Below, piece after piece: positions 1-10,637 of a stretch of DNA of 64,000 nt. The notes under the pieces are model-generated. The model was given only the letters and a program-made list of their open reading frames with translations. It did not search any database and was not told the DNA's origin. The first letter of the stretch is position 1. Each line of letters starts with the position of its first letter. The stretch is from Patescibacteria group bacterium (GTDB lineage Bacteria > Patescibacteriota > Minisyncoccia > UBA6257 > JACRHW01): NCBI GenBank assembly GCA_028865725.1, contig JAGWJP010000002.1, positions 168,050-232,049 on the forward strand, written 5' to 3'. A program made the position numbers and the translations under genes.

Positions 1-1583
1 GAACGCAACGCCGGACAATCCCACTGACCGGTAATTGATACGCCGAGCAACGCCTCTTCTTCGCAATTCTTCTTCCATTCTGGAGAAAGATAAGGAAAAT
101 TTGTAAGGGAAGCTTGATAGGTCCCTAGAATAGTCGCCACGCGCACCTTATCCATCAACGTATCGACCGTGTCATCGTTACGAGCCACCACTTCGGATAG
201 ATTGCAAAACTCTTTAGATTTCAAAATGATTTCTCCACATGGATTGGTCCCCGATGTTTGCATATCCGGTTCAAATAATTTCCAACGCCGTGTGGGAAAC
301 TGCTCCTTAAGACTTCCGCGATTAAATACTCCGCGCTCCCCTGATCCTGCTTTGGCTAAGTTTACCCACTCATCCAAGAAATGCGCCATAGAAGGCTTTT
401 CGTTGTAAGCGACCGAATTATTCGCCATAGAACGCTCCGGATGATTGAGATAAAACTGACCGTTTTTTGCTTCACGCATTGCAAGATCATCAAGATCGGA
501 CAAAGAAAGCAACGCAGATCTACGCACGCCGCCAGCCACTACCGTATCTCCTATTTTACAAATAATATCGTGAGCATCGATCGTTTTTAGACGTCGCCCC
601 TGGCATTTGAGCATTCGTTCGCGTGCAAAAGTGAGCAAACTCTTGAGAGGCTCGGGGCCAGAAGAACGTCCTCCCATCGTTTTTAGGCGCGCACCGCGCG
701 GGCGCAGTTTTGAATAATCAAACACGACGTCCTTTCCTTCTGCCCATGTTTTTAACCCGTACACCAACGCATCGGCCCATCCTTCACGACTGTCAGGAAT
801 CGCATATTGAATTGCTTTGCCAGAAACCTGCCGCTTGATAATAGGAAGAAGTCCAATCGTCTGTTCCTCTACAGAAAAACCAACTCCTGTCCCGCACATT
901 AAGATATAAACAATTTCTCCAAAATCCTGCCACTCCTTCGGCGCGATAAACGAACAATTGTATGCGGCAACATTGGTCGAACGCGCCGCCTTGCCTGCAA
1001 ATTGGACGAGGCGCATGGAGCCTAATGCTTTCATATTCAACATATACTCACGTATTTCTGCATACTCCGATTCTTTCAGCTTCGCACCGATATGTTCCCG
1101 CATAAAATCAATGTAGCGATCGACAGTCTCTACCCACGTCTCACGACGATTCTCTGCCTCAATCCAGCGCGCATACGTCTGATAAAACACGAATTCGGAG
1201 AGATTATTTCTAAAATATTGTTTACTCTCCTCAACCAATGCTTTCACATGCTCGGGCACTATTTTATTTGCCGCACGCTGTTTTGCCCTACCCTCACGAT
1301 AGAGAATATACTCCTTCGCTGTTTTTGAAAATCCAAGCGCGATCAGTACTTCTTCCACCACATCCTGAATTTCTTCAACCTGAGGTGCATAATCAGCAGA
1401 AAATCTTTTTCCTAAAATCTTCACGACCTCATTCGATACGCGAGGAGGATCTAGGGCGGCATCTCCTTCTCCCACGATAGACATGGCTTTTTTGATCGCA
1501 TTCGTAATACGGGATTGATCCCAAGGCACAAGACGGCCATCACGCTTTTTCACTTCTTTGAACATCGCCTTTTGTTTCGCCAT
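1..1583 (-). CDS. nrdJ: Class II (B12-dependent) ribonucleotide reductase with N-terminal ATP cone; truncated by the window edge
   Basis: Absent from the ORF track because it runs off the edge. Manual translation: MAKQKAMFKEVKKRDGRLVPWD (ATP cone), TYARW..RRETWVETVDRY, GTNPCGEIILKSKEFCNLSEVV, LLGVSITG. Confidence 0.9.
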   Translation of the reverse strand, partial: MAKQKAMFKEVKKRDGRLVPWDQSRITNAIKKAMSIVGEGDAALDPPRVSNEVVKILGKRFSADYAPQVEEIQDVVEEVLIALGFSKTAKEYILYREGRAKQRAANKIVPEHVKALVEESKQYFRNNLSEFVFYQTYARWIEAENRRETWVETVDRYIDFMREHIGAKLKESEYAEIREYMLNMKALGSMRLVQFAGKAARSTNVAAYNCSFIAPKEWQDFGEIVYILMCGTGVGFSVEEQTIGLLPIIKRQVSGKAIQYAIPDSREGWADALVYGLKTWAEGKDVVFDYSKLRPRGARLKTMGGRSSGPEPLKSLLTFARERMLKCQGRRLKTIDAHDIICKIGDTVVAGGVRRSALLSLSDLDDLAMREAKNGQFYLNHPERSMANNSVAYNEKPSMAHFLDEWVNLAKAGSGERGVFNRGSLKEQFPTRRWKLFEPDMQTSGTNPCGEIILKSKEFCNLSEVVARNDDTVDTLMDKVRVATILGTYQASLTNFPYLSPEWKKNCEEEALLGVSITGQWDCPALR

Positions 1584-1706
1584 AGTCGTGTAATGAAGGT
1601 GGTCACAGGGGCAGGAACAATGCGCGCCTGCGGCATCGTACCCACACCATGTCACTCATTAATAGTTTCCTCTCTCTACTATCGCTCAAAACGCATAAGA
1701 AATACT

Positions 1707-1715
1707 TGTGGATAA
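1707..1715 (-). promoter_or_regulatory. Perfect DnaA box upstream of nrdJ
   Basis: TTATCCACA on the minus strand about 125 nt upstream of the RNR start. Confidence 0.45.
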
Positions 1716-1845
1716 CTTAAAAATAAAAAACCCGCCTGTATTGCGAGTTCCTGAGGGCATAATTCCCTCTCTTCGTCAAAAAATATGGATCATAAAACAA
1801 AAAACCCGGCACGATATGCCGGGTTGAACAATTCTCTTCTTATTC

Positions 1846-2376
1846 TTATGCTTCTTTCTCGATGCATTTTGCCCACGGCCACGACCAGAATGGGTGAAAA
1901 AAATAATTTAAATTTATGCGTGGCTCTGGTTCCGTACCATAACACATAAGAGCAATAATAAACACAAGAAACAACACCATAAAACCATACAATACCAGCA
2001 CAAACAAAAACAGCCTCGTGATCGTGTCCAAAAGCGATACATCGCGACCATCCCCTAAAAGATCCGCAACGAATATAGATGTTGCATAGTAACCTGCAAA
2101 AACCCAGAGCGCGATCATAGACCACATCGCCATAGAAGGCATTACGGGTTCAATGCAAGAAGAAACGAGATGTGTCAAACCTCGCCACTCCGCGCCCGCG
2201 CACGCCATTACAAGCGAAAGCATTGCATACTTGACCTTCACCCTGTGGCGCGACACGAAGCTCAACCAGTGAATCCAGCGAGGAATCTCGCCTGCGACGA
2301 CAAGCTTCTGATCATGCTCGGGAAGCCGATTCATGCGGACCCTACGATCCATTCCCTCCCATCGAGACGTTTTCAT
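1846..2376 (-). CDS. Hypothetical membrane protein
   Basis: 176 aa with about 3 hydrophobic segments; AAGGAG SD, TTGACA promoter near 2446, hairpin terminator near 1800-1825. Confidence 0.65.
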   Translation of the reverse strand: MKTSRWEGMDRRVRMNRLPEHDQKLVVAGEIPRWIHWLSFVSRHRVKVKYAMLSLVMACAGAEWRGLTHLVSSCIEPVMPSMAMWSMIALWVFAGYYATSIFVADLLGDGRDVSLLDTITRLFLFVLVLYGFMVLFLVFIIALMCYGTEPEPRINLNYFFHPFWSWPWAKCIEKEA

Positions 2377-2660
2377 CTTTCTTTTCTCCTTTTCTCGATT
2401 TCCAAAGGACTAAAACCAAAATAGCACAGAAAATGCTATCTTGTCAATAATTCAAAGGGTAAAACGCAAAAATTAAAATGACAATTCAAAGTCCAAACGT
2501 ATTGAAATGAAAAGCACGGTATGCAAAAAATTCACGATTTTGAATGCAAAGCACGAAGAAGGCGAAGCTTAACGATACAAAACGCACCAACATAAATAGA
2601 AAAGCTTCAATCGCGAATAAAACATTCAGATTTGGATGAAGTGCAAAGTTTCAGGAAATA

Positions 2661-2779
2661 AAACACACCAAAACGAACGAGCTACAAGGCGTGAACGAGA
2701 AACGGAATGAGCTGTATTTGAAATACAGCGAATGAGTATCACAGTTCAGAACGCAGTAACTCGTCGTTTTCGTGCGTTT
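2661..2779. repeat. Nested-hairpin intergenic element, copy 1
   Basis: Imperfect terminal IR (AAAACGAACGAGCTAC/GTAACTCGTCGTTTT) around GCTGTATT-TGA-AATACAGC; related to 16787-16900. Confidence 0.55.
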
Positions 2780-3978
2780 TACCTTCTTTTGCGGAGGAAG
2801 GCCGGTATATCCCAATGATCTACCGCCTCATCCTTAGAAGAATTGTTTGGTTTCCGTGCAAGAGTTGGCCGTACTGGTTCCTCTTTTATTTCAGGTTCTG
2901 GTACATACTCCTCTTCTTGCGCTGTCGTATCCACATCGAGTGCCTCTTCCCTTTCATCCTGATTATCTCGATTGTTCTTGCGCGATGTGGTCGTGTCTCC
3001 TCCGCCCATTTCCCCTTTCTTGTACCCGTCAAACCCAGTTGCAATTACGATCACCTTAACATCGCCCTTCTTCATGCGCTCATCGTGATAGGCTCCAAAA
3101 ATAACACGCGCAGATTGATCAATAGGTTCGGTAATCACCTTCGCAGCCTCGTTCACCTCGGAAAGCTTCAGATCGTCGTTGCCTGCCACGCTAAAAAGTA
3201 CCCCTTTTGCACCGCTCATGGATACTTCAAGCAACGGGGAATTTACCGCCTGCTTTGCCGCAGCAATCGCACGATCTTCGCCCTGCGCGGTACCAATACC
3301 AATAATAGCGGAACCTGCGTTTTGCATGATCGCTTTTACGTCTGCGAAATCTACGTTAATAATACCCGGTAAACTCACCAGTTCTGCAATACCACGTGTC
3401 GCTTGGTGCAACACATCATCAATCGCCTCAAATGCCTTGTTAAGCGGAGTATCTTTGTCGATAATATTAAAAATTCGGTCATTCGGCACGAGAATGAGCG
3501 TATCTACACGCTCCGAAAGCCGGTCTGCGGCCGCTTCTGCAACACGCATTCGCTGGATTCCTTCAAAAAAGAATGGTTTTGTGACCACCGCAATCGTAAG
3601 CGCACCAAGCTCTTGTGCCACTTCTGCCACTACCGGCGCTGCACCAGACCCTGTTCCCCCGCCAAGGCCGGCAGTAATAAACACCATATCCGCACCCTTT
3701 AATGCCTCGTGAAGTTCTTCGCGCGTCTCCTCTGCCGCCTGACGCCCCAATTCCGGGTTCATTCCTGTCCCTAAACCTCGGGTGAGATTTTTTCCGATGT
3801 GAATCTTCTCCTTTGCTTGAGACTGATGGAGGTCTTGAGAATCCGTGTTCACCGCAAGAAAATCAACCCCTTTGATCTGGAGCCTGCTCATGCGCGATAC
3901 GGCATTTCCTCCTCCGCCGCCTACGCCTACTACTTTGATTTTTACAAACGATTGAAATTCTGGTTTTACGTGCGGCAT
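2779..3978 (-). CDS. ftsZ: Cell division protein FtsZ
   Basis: IKVVGVGGGGGNAV, GGGTGSG tubulin motif, C-terminal DIPAFLR; start placed at MPHVKP. Confidence 0.98.
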   Translation of the reverse strand: MPHVKPEFQSFVKIKVVGVGGGGGNAVSRMSRLQIKGVDFLAVNTDSQDLHQSQAKEKIHIGKNLTRGLGTGMNPELGRQAAEETREELHEALKGADMVFITAGLGGGTGSGAAPVVAEVAQELGALTIAVVTKPFFFEGIQRMRVAEAAADRLSERVDTLILVPNDRIFNIIDKDTPLNKAFEAIDDVLHQATRGIAELVSLPGIINVDFADVKAIMQNAGSAIIGIGTAQGEDRAIAAAKQAVNSPLLEVSMSGAKGVLFSVAGNDDLKLSEVNEAAKVITEPIDQSARVIFGAYHDERMKKGDVKVIVIATGFDGYKKGEMGGGDTTTSRKNNRDNQDEREEALDVDTTAQEEEYVPEPEIKEEPVRPTLARKPNNSSKDEAVDHWDIPAFLRKRR

Positions 3979-4079
3979 ACGATTGACATGCACATATACG
4001 AATTCCGACACGAATGGTTATGAATACAATTTTTCGTTATTCATGCACGCATATCGTAGGTACCCTCTTCGTATATCTG

Positions 4080-5291
4080 TTAGGGAATAAAAACTTTAAG
4101 TATCTTTTTTATTTTGTTGACAAATCCTTTTTCAGATTCTACTACACTTACCACTTTTTCATCTGCGCCCCAAAAGAAAAGACCGGTTGCCGTAGCAAAT
4201 TCTGGACGGCGCACCATTTCTTCAACAGCCGCATCCTCACATTCCACCTTAAAGGGCTCACCCATTCTTACTACCATTTTTAATTCTGCTTTTACAAGGT
4301 CCGGGAGGATATCCATGCCTGCACCGCCCCCAATGACCACGACACCGCCGGGTAAACGCTTATCCCCCGCCGTTTTAAGCTCTGCTTTAATAAAATCGAA
4401 AATCTCTGAAAGACGAGCGCCGATAATTTCCGCAACAAACCTTTTTGATATCTTCCCTTCGAGGCTCGGATCCACACGGGATAGATCTAGCGACTCTTTG
4501 CGCGACATTTCCTCTGAGTTATTTGCAAACATAAGTTTCACACGTTCTGCAGCCTCCACAGGAATTTTAAGTCCGATTGCAATATCATTAGTAATACGAT
4601 TCGAACCTACGGGGAAAATAGATGCATGTAAAAGCTTCCCCTCTTCAAACACCGCGAGACTGGTTGTGCCTGCACCAATATCAATAACCACCACGCCGAT
4701 CTCGCGTTCATTTTTCGTAACCACTGATCGGCTTGCGGCAAGCGGTACGAACACCATTCCTCCCACGCGAATATTGGGCTCCAAACACTTTGTAATATTT
4801 TTGACCACCGGAGAAAATGTGTCGACTACCAAACTGTCTACCTCAAGACGGATTCCGTTCATGCCGAGCGGATCCTTAATAGCAACCCCGTCCACAAAAT
4901 ACTCCCGTGGAATTACATGAAGGATAGAACGATTCAAAGGCAGATTGATCGCTTGCGAGGCCTGGATTACGCGATCAATATCCTCGTAAGCGATTTCTCC
5001 GTCTGCGCGAGCTACTGCCACTACTCCGCGCGAAGGACGCGCTAAACTTTGGTAGCCTCCCACATTCACATAGGTATCTTTCAGTGCCTCGCGCGCTTCT
5101 GTGTCGAGCTCTGAACAAAATTCCACAACCGCTTTGCGCGCCTCATCCATATCAACGATCATGCCATTGCGCATCCCTTCTGATGGCCTGCTCTTTGCAC
5201 CCATAATATGCACCTTTCCGCGATCCAAATACCCCCATACCGCGCGTATGGTTGATGTACCGATATCGAGCCCCGCAAAACTATTCTTCAT
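4080..5291 (-). CDS. ftsA: Cell division protein FtsA
   Basis: GLDIGTS, VIDIGAGTT, LGMNGIRLEV; adjacent to ftsZ. Confidence 0.97.
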   Translation of the reverse strand: MKNSFAGLDIGTSTIRAVWGYLDRGKVHIMGAKSRPSEGMRNGMIVDMDEARKAVVEFCSELDTEAREALKDTYVNVGGYQSLARPSRGVVAVARADGEIAYEDIDRVIQASQAINLPLNRSILHVIPREYFVDGVAIKDPLGMNGIRLEVDSLVVDTFSPVVKNITKCLEPNIRVGGMVFVPLAASRSVVTKNEREIGVVVIDIGAGTTSLAVFEEGKLLHASIFPVGSNRITNDIAIGLKIPVEAAERVKLMFANNSEEMSRKESLDLSRVDPSLEGKISKRFVAEIIGARLSEIFDFIKAELKTAGDKRLPGGVVVIGGGAGMDILPDLVKAELKMVVRMGEPFKVECEDAAVEEMVRRPEFATATGLFFWGADEKVVSVVESEKGFVNKIKKILKVFIP

Positions 5292-5445
5292 TACCCGTAA
5301 ATATAAAAAGAGTGAATTATTTGTTTTCATTCTACTTCAATGTAGGAAAGAAAAACAAGAGCATGCGCATGAGTTTGTTAATCTACTGAGATGTAGAATA
5401 TAAGACGAAAAACAAAAAACGGCACGGAATGTGCCGTCCGACCCA

Positions 5446-5703
5446 TCACAACTTCTGATCCCAGTCTCCTTCGATATCGCGATTCTCAAGCACTGAAGAC
5501 GTTCCGCCCTTTTTTGCGCGTTCAACTCGACGCGGAAAGTCACGCTCAAAGTCTTCACTGGCCTGTTCAAGTGCCTTTTCCTTGAGCTTTTTACGCAACT
5601 CCTCTTCAGTTAAAACCCCTGACTCATACCCATCGACAATAGTATTCCAGATACGAAACCTCATCTCTCCGTCCTTCTGTTGAGCATGAATAACATTTCC
5701 CAT
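5446..5703 (-). CDS. Hypothetical protein
   Basis: 85 aa; own TTGACA-17-TATTAA promoter and purine-rich RBS. Confidence 0.6.
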   Translation of the reverse strand: MGNVIHAQQKDGEMRFRIWNTIVDGYESGVLTEEELRKKLKEKALEQASEDFERDFPRRVERAKKGGTSSVLENRDIEGDWDQKL

Positions 5704-5764
5704 ACAACACCTACCCTCTCGGTACCTTTCTCTAGTTCTTTAATAGCACAATACTAAAATAATG

Positions 5765-6205
5765 TCAATTATTTGTGGGGGTCCCTTGTATGTTGATGAG
5801 GATCTCCTTTTCTTTTTTCTCCATGCGGGCGGCGTCGCGATCGTGGATGTGATCGTACCCCAAAAGATGAAGAATACCATGAACCAGAAGCTTTGTCTCC
5901 CACTCGTGGTAGGAGATTTTCATGGCGCGAGCTTCATTCCGTATTTTTGCAGACGCAAGATAAAGTTCTCCGAGATAATGTACCCCTCCTTCCGGATCGA
6001 TAAATCCTTTGGGTTCAGGAAACGAGAGCACATTGGTCACTTTGTCTTTTCCCGCAGTGCCGCGATACAGTGTCCGCATGCGCGCATCGCTTACACAGTA
6101 AATGTCGATGCCCGCGTCAGGGATTTGCAGAATATGAAAAATCCTTCCCACAAGGGTGGCAAGGCGCTTTTCTTGGGTTTTTGACCCTATCACATGAATG
6201 CTCAT
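5765..6205 (-). CDS. ybeY: rRNA maturation endoribonuclease YbeY
   Basis: TNVLSFP and HGILHLLGYDH motifs. Confidence 0.95.
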   Translation of the reverse strand: MSIHVIGSKTQEKRLATLVGRIFHILQIPDAGIDIYCVSDARMRTLYRGTAGKDKVTNVLSFPEPKGFIDPEGGVHYLGELYLASAKIRNEARAMKISYHEWETKLLVHGILHLLGYDHIHDRDAARMEKKEKEILINIQGTPTNN

Positions 6206-6438
6206 CTCTTCGTCTTCTTTTTTATCAGAAGACCAAGCTTCTTCAAACGCGCAAACTCTTCCTGTTTTCCGGAACGATACAGTGCAGAGCGATGCCGTTT
6301 TTGTTTCGTCACCACGCGATCATGGTATCGCCGTGAGCGTGCCTCAAGCAATACACCGCTTTTTTGCATTGCCTTCCTAAATCGACTTACAAAACTTTCC
6401 ACTGATTCTCCGTTTTTTCGTTTTAATGCGAGTGCCAT
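6202..6438 (-). CDS. rpsU: 30S ribosomal protein bS21
   Basis: GESVESFVSRFRKAMQKSGVLLEARSRRYH pattern; small basic protein. Confidence 0.8.
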   Translation of the reverse strand: MALALKRKNGESVESFVSRFRKAMQKSGVLLEARSRRYHDRVVTKQKRHRSALYRSGKQEEFARLKKLGLLIKKKTKR

Positions 6439-6492
6439 TAATTATGAGATTCTTAACGCTTAGTAATGAGTTCTTAAAACAGGTAAAAAAAT

Positions 6493-6599
6493 TCTTTGCT
6501 TTTCGATGAAATTCCGGGGAATACTCAAGCATCCGACTGAGGAATACTATATTTTGAAGGGGAGCGGAGTTTGACGAAGAAATTCGCTCAAAGCAAAGA
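6493..6599. repeat. Small intergenic element with terminal inverted repeats
   Basis: TCTTTGCTTT...AAAGCAAAGA ends between rpsU and the HIT gene. Confidence 0.4.
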
Positions 6600-6602
6600 G
6601 TG

Positions 6603-7013
6603 TTAAGACATTTTGAGCTTTTTTGCTACATCTGTCAAGTCTTCTTGGGGCGGATGATGCACGACCGATTGAAGCGATCCTCCCCCGTCGCTCACAAAGC
6701 GTGGCATAAGATGCGTGTGCAAGTGTGCAACCTCTTGTCCGCTTGCCCGGCCTTGGTTCATTCCTATTGTCATGCCTTCCGGGCGCAACACCTCTTCTAT
6801 GCGGACGGCCACTTTCTGCACAACGCTGAAATAGGGCGCTAATGTAGCATGGGGCAATTCACGAAGTGTCGCGACATGAAGACGCGGCACGACAAGTGTA
6901 TGACCTATCGTACGCGGATGCACATCAAGAAACGCAAGCGCAGCATCATCTTCAAAAATAATGTGCGCTCGAATGTCATGACAAATGATGCGACAAAACA
7001 AACAATCCGACAT
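6603..7013 (-). CDS. HIT family nucleotide hydrolase
   Basis: CLFCRII and HLHTH histidine triad. Confidence 0.95.
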   Translation of the reverse strand: MSDCLFCRIICHDIRAHIIFEDDAALAFLDVHPRTIGHTLVVPRLHVATLRELPHATLAPYFSVVQKVAVRIEEVLRPEGMTIGMNQGRASGQEVAHLHTHLMPRFVSDGGGSLQSVVHHPPQEDLTDVAKKLKMS

Positions 7014-7062
7014 ATAAGAATCTACAAATAGATTTTCTTTGCATGAGATTCTGAATCCTAGC

Positions 7063-8481
7063 TTATTTTTTTAACCGACGCTTAATCTCGTCAAATATCT
7101 TTGCGAGAGGAATTACCTCTTGCGATCCGGTGTGCATATCACGCAAAATAATCGTTTCATCCAACACCTCGCGTTGCCCTAAAATAAGGACAAACTCTGC
7201 GCCCAGACGGTCCGCGATTTTAAGCTGTGCCTTAATAGAATCACGGCCGAATGATTCTGCGCTTGAGATTTTTTCTTTTCTCAAACCCTCACGAAGCTTC
7301 ATCAACTTCCGTTTTGCGATCACACCAAGTTGCACTAAAAAGACTTTCACAGGCGCCTCACTTCGCTGAGAGGAAGTACTCCCTTCAATACAATCAACCA
7401 CACGATCAACCCCAATCGCACCCCCGAGGCCAGGCGTGTCTTTCCCCCCTAAAAGCTTTACCAAATCGTCATAGCGACCTCCGCCTGCAAGGGCAAGTGG
7501 AGAAATCTCTGTGCCCTTCTTTTCCTCGCTCTCTCCGCTTCCAATCTTCTCTACTTCTTGTGCACTCACTTGTTTTTCAAAAAAAACAGGATTTGAAAAT
7601 ACCTCAAACACGGTACGGGTATAATAATCAAGTCCGCGCACAAGATAAGGAGAGAGGGCGTAGGGGATCTCCATTTCGTCAAGAAATTCCAATACTCCTT
7701 TGAAATGCGTACTGCAGGCAGAACACAAGTTATCGAGCATCGCAGGTGCGCCGCTTCGCAAATCTATACACTCTTTTTCTTTACAATCGAGAAGCCGGAA
7801 TGGGTTTACCTGATAACGATTTTTACAGTCTTTGCATAGCTTGGAAAGCTTATTGCGATAATAATCCTTAAGCTTGTTGCGCCAGACCGTGCGGCAGGAT
7901 TTGTCCCCAATGCTGTTTATCTCGACCACAAGATCCTTCACTTTAAGCTGTTTCAAGATATTGAAAATGACGACAATCACTTCCGCGTCATAAGAAGGAC
8001 TGCTGTCCCCCAACACTTCGAGACCGAATTGCGTAAGCTGGCGCAACCGTCCTCGCTGAGGCGCCTCGTGGCGAAACATAGGGCCCATATAAAATAGCTT
8101 CACCGGCTGGGGAAGATTTTGCATGCCGTGCTCAATATACGCACGCGCCACAGGAGCCGTCCCTTCCGGACGCAACGTCAGTTTTGTTCCTCCCTCTGTC
8201 TTGAACGTATACATCTGCTTTTCAATGATATCGGTTGCCTCGCCCACTGCGCGCAAAAAAAGTTCTGTGTCTTCAAAAATTGGCGTTTCAATGTGTCCAT
8301 ACTGATAATATCTGGCATATTCAAAAGCAATGTCCTTTACCTTTTCACGCAATACTTCATCTTCGGGCAACACATCCTTTACTCCGCGTGCCGTTTTAGG
8401 AATCCATTTTACTTTTTTCACTGCTATCTCTTTTTTAGGTGCAGATTTTGGTTTCAATTTGGTAGTCGTTTTTTTCTTCAT
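7063..8481 (-). CDS. hisS: Histidine--tRNA ligase
   Basis: LRPEGTA, FRHEAPQRGRLRQ, LVRGLDYYT, GGGRYD. Confidence 0.98.
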   Translation of the reverse strand: MKKKTTTKLKPKSAPKKEIAVKKVKWIPKTARGVKDVLPEDEVLREKVKDIAFEYARYYQYGHIETPIFEDTELFLRAVGEATDIIEKQMYTFKTEGGTKLTLRPEGTAPVARAYIEHGMQNLPQPVKLFYMGPMFRHEAPQRGRLRQLTQFGLEVLGDSSPSYDAEVIVVIFNILKQLKVKDLVVEINSIGDKSCRTVWRNKLKDYYRNKLSKLCKDCKNRYQVNPFRLLDCKEKECIDLRSGAPAMLDNLCSACSTHFKGVLEFLDEMEIPYALSPYLVRGLDYYTRTVFEVFSNPVFFEKQVSAQEVEKIGSGESEEKKGTEISPLALAGGGRYDDLVKLLGGKDTPGLGGAIGVDRVVDCIEGSTSSQRSEAPVKVFLVQLGVIAKRKLMKLREGLRKEKISSAESFGRDSIKAQLKIADRLGAEFVLILGQREVLDETIILRDMHTGSQEVIPLAKIFDEIKRRLKK

Positions 8482-8523
8482 AGTATGTAACGCGAAAAGC
8501 TACATAAGCCCCGCGCATTCTTA

Positions 8524-9078
8524 TTAATTCGTACGATAATCATTTGCCGCAAACACATGAGCCTCGGGAAGCGGCCAAAGCCGGAAACGAACCAACCCGA
8601 TAATATTGGCGGTAGGAACGGCTCCCCACGACCGAGAATCATAACTAAACTCTCTGTTGTCCCCCATAACAAAATACTGATCACTCTCTAATTTAAGAGT
8701 GAGATCCCCCTCTGTTTGTTCATGGGCAGGAAGATACGGTTCTCCGAGAGTGTGCGCCTTTCCTTGTGTATCAGTAACCGTCACCATGCCATCATGCACT
8801 TGTACGGTTTCTCCGGGAAGCCCGATAATACGTTTAATATAAAAGGTAGTATAATCTTTGGGAAATCGAAATACGATCACTTCACCACGCTCTGGTTTTC
8901 GAAATCGATACGCCAGCTCATCAATAATCAAATAATTTCCGCTCGTGAATGTGGGCTCCATACTCGATCCTTTTACCAAAAACGGCTGAGCAATGAAATA
9001 TCGTACCAAAAACACGGCAAGAAGCGATACCACCAACACTTCTGCAAGTTCTGCTACAAAAAGAAGAATTTGACGCAT
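8524..9078 (-). CDS. lepB: Signal peptidase I
   Basis: SMEPT, YIKRIIGLPGE, GDNREFSYDSR. Confidence 0.96.
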   Translation of the reverse strand: MRQILLFVAELAEVLVVSLLAVFLVRYFIAQPFLVKGSSMEPTFTSGNYLIIDELAYRFRKPERGEVIVFRFPKDYTTFYIKRIIGLPGETVQVHDGMVTVTDTQGKAHTLGEPYLPAHEQTEGDLTLKLESDQYFVMGDNREFSYDSRSWGAVPTANIIGLVRFRLWPLPEAHVFAANDYRTN

Positions 9079-9233
9079 GATAAAAAAATTAAAATTCAAA
9101 TCTTAAAATTAAAAAATACGGTTGTGAAAATGGCCTCCCTTTTCACATTTCCCTACTTTTGCCTTTTGATTTTTCCCTTTTGAATTATTCAACAAATGTG
9201 GCATAATTGTACCACATAATTCCCAATATACAA

Positions 9234-9833
9234 ATGGAACCTTTTTTAGTGGTTGGGCTTGGCAATGCGGAAAAACGGTACGAACATACCTACCATAATG
9301 TAGGTTTTCTTGCACTTGATCGCCTTGCAGCACGTTTTTCGCTCGAGCCCACCCCTCTCACCCTCCCTATACGCTGGAGCTTAAAAAAAATAACAGCCAT
9401 CATGTACACACTCACCGATGAATCACGTGGCGCACACTACATGTTTGCGAAACCGCAATGCTATATGAACGAGTCGGGCATCACAGTTGCAGCACTCATG
9501 AGACGATATGCCGATCAATACCATCTGACCTCAAAAGGCCTGTATGTCATTCACGATGATTCTGATATTGCTCTCGGATCCTACAAGCTCAAGTGGGGAG
9601 GAAACTCCGGTGGACACAATGGTATCGAATCCGTCATCCGTTTCCTGGGTACCCAAGAGTTTTGGCATCTCAAAATTGGCATTCGCAATATGATGGACCC
9701 TATACGCGTAAAAGCTGAGAAACTAGTACTGCAACACATCGGTTCTCAAGAACAACACGCCCTCGACACCACTATTTCTGAAGCACTCGATTCCCTCGAA
9801 GAGCAGTGCGGGCTTTCTTCCCGAAAATCTTGA
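9234..9833 (+). CDS. pth: Peptidyl-tRNA hydrolase
   Basis: VVGLGN, HNVGF, KPQCYMNESG, HDD, GGHNGI. Confidence 0.96.
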   Translation: MEPFLVVGLGNAEKRYEHTYHNVGFLALDRLAARFSLEPTPLTLPIRWSLKKITAIMYTLTDESRGAHYMFAKPQCYMNESGITVAALMRRYADQYHLTSKGLYVIHDDSDIALGSYKLKWGGNSGGHNGIESVIRFLGTQEFWHLKIGIRNMMDPIRVKAEKLVLQHIGSQEQHALDTTISEALDSLEEQCGLSSRKS

Positions 9834-9899
9834 CGAAAAAAGGAAGTATTGCTTAAATAAGTTTAGTCCCTATCTCCTCTCCCGCAAAGGAGCGCAACA

Positions 9900-10607
9900 A
9901 TGCGAAGAGTCATTCTTCTTTGTTTTGCGTGGTATCTCATTGTTGGCGAACAACCCGCATACGCTCAAATATCCACCTGTACTGCAACACAAAAAGCCTA
10001 TCAGTGCACCTATCTCATTGGATCGGGATCAATGACGATAGGAAGTGCGTGGATAGTCGCTACCCCCAAAAAACAGGGTATTGTCGTTCTCACTGCTGCG
10101 CACTGGATCCCCAAGGAAGATCAGAGGGCCACACGCCCTGGCGCATTCTGGATTACCCACCCTGCATGGCCTCAGGGAACACGCGTCCCTTTGACCTTGC
10201 TCGACTATGATATTAGGGCCGACATTGCTCTGCTTATTTCACCACCGCGCTATCATCTTCCCGGCCTCTCTCTCGCAAACACACCGCTATATCATTACGA
10301 TCGCGTCGTCTTCATAAAAAACGGAGCACACATTCCCCCCCACACTCCAACGTTCGTATGGTTTCTCGGAACATCCACCATCCGCATGAGAGATCACAAA
10401 AATACCTACGAGCAGCGAAGAGACATCTTTCTCGCACATCCTGTTCCTTTCTGTTCCGGCGCCCCCATCCTCAATTCTCGCGGCCGCGTAGTCGCAATGA
10501 TGGTTGAACTTGAGTGGATGACTCACAATCATATCGTGACTAATTTTGGACTTGGGGTCACTCTTCGTGCCCTCAAAACATTCCTTTACACACATCGCAT
10601 ACATTAA
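9900..10607 (+). CDS. Secreted trypsin-like (S1) serine protease
   Basis: Signal peptide; TAAH, DIAL and CSGAP..G.VV triad motifs; AAGGAG SD. Confidence 0.75.
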   Translation: MRRVILLCFAWYLIVGEQPAYAQISTCTATQKAYQCTYLIGSGSMTIGSAWIVATPKKQGIVVLTAAHWIPKEDQRATRPGAFWITHPAWPQGTRVPLTLLDYDIRADIALLISPPRYHLPGLSLANTPLYHYDRVVFIKNGAHIPPHTPTFVWFLGTSTIRMRDHKNTYEQRRDIFLAHPVPFCSGAPILNSRGRVVAMMVELEWMTHNHIVTNFGLGVTLRALKTFLYTHRIH

Positions 10608-10637
10608 TCAACACACTGAGCCTTCGCTCGGTTTTTT

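Noticed and set aside
1590-1660. Hairpin in the nrdJ leader as a possible cobalamin riboswitch
   Set aside because: Too short and no recognisable B12 box.
4114-4920. Long antisense ORFs opposite ftsA, ftsZ, recG, gyrA and others
   Set aside because: They mirror well-supported genes and show no motifs of their own.
5331-5399. Two TCTACT-N3-ATGTAG hairpins resembling Cas12a repeat stems
   Set aside because: Only two copies, 51-nt period, flanks not repeated and no cas genes; both overlap TAGAAT -10-like boxes.
5446-5703. Small acidic ORFs (here and 37611-37898) as Pup/UBact
   Set aside because: Neither ends in GGE/GGQ or a similar conjugation motif, and neither is next to prcB.
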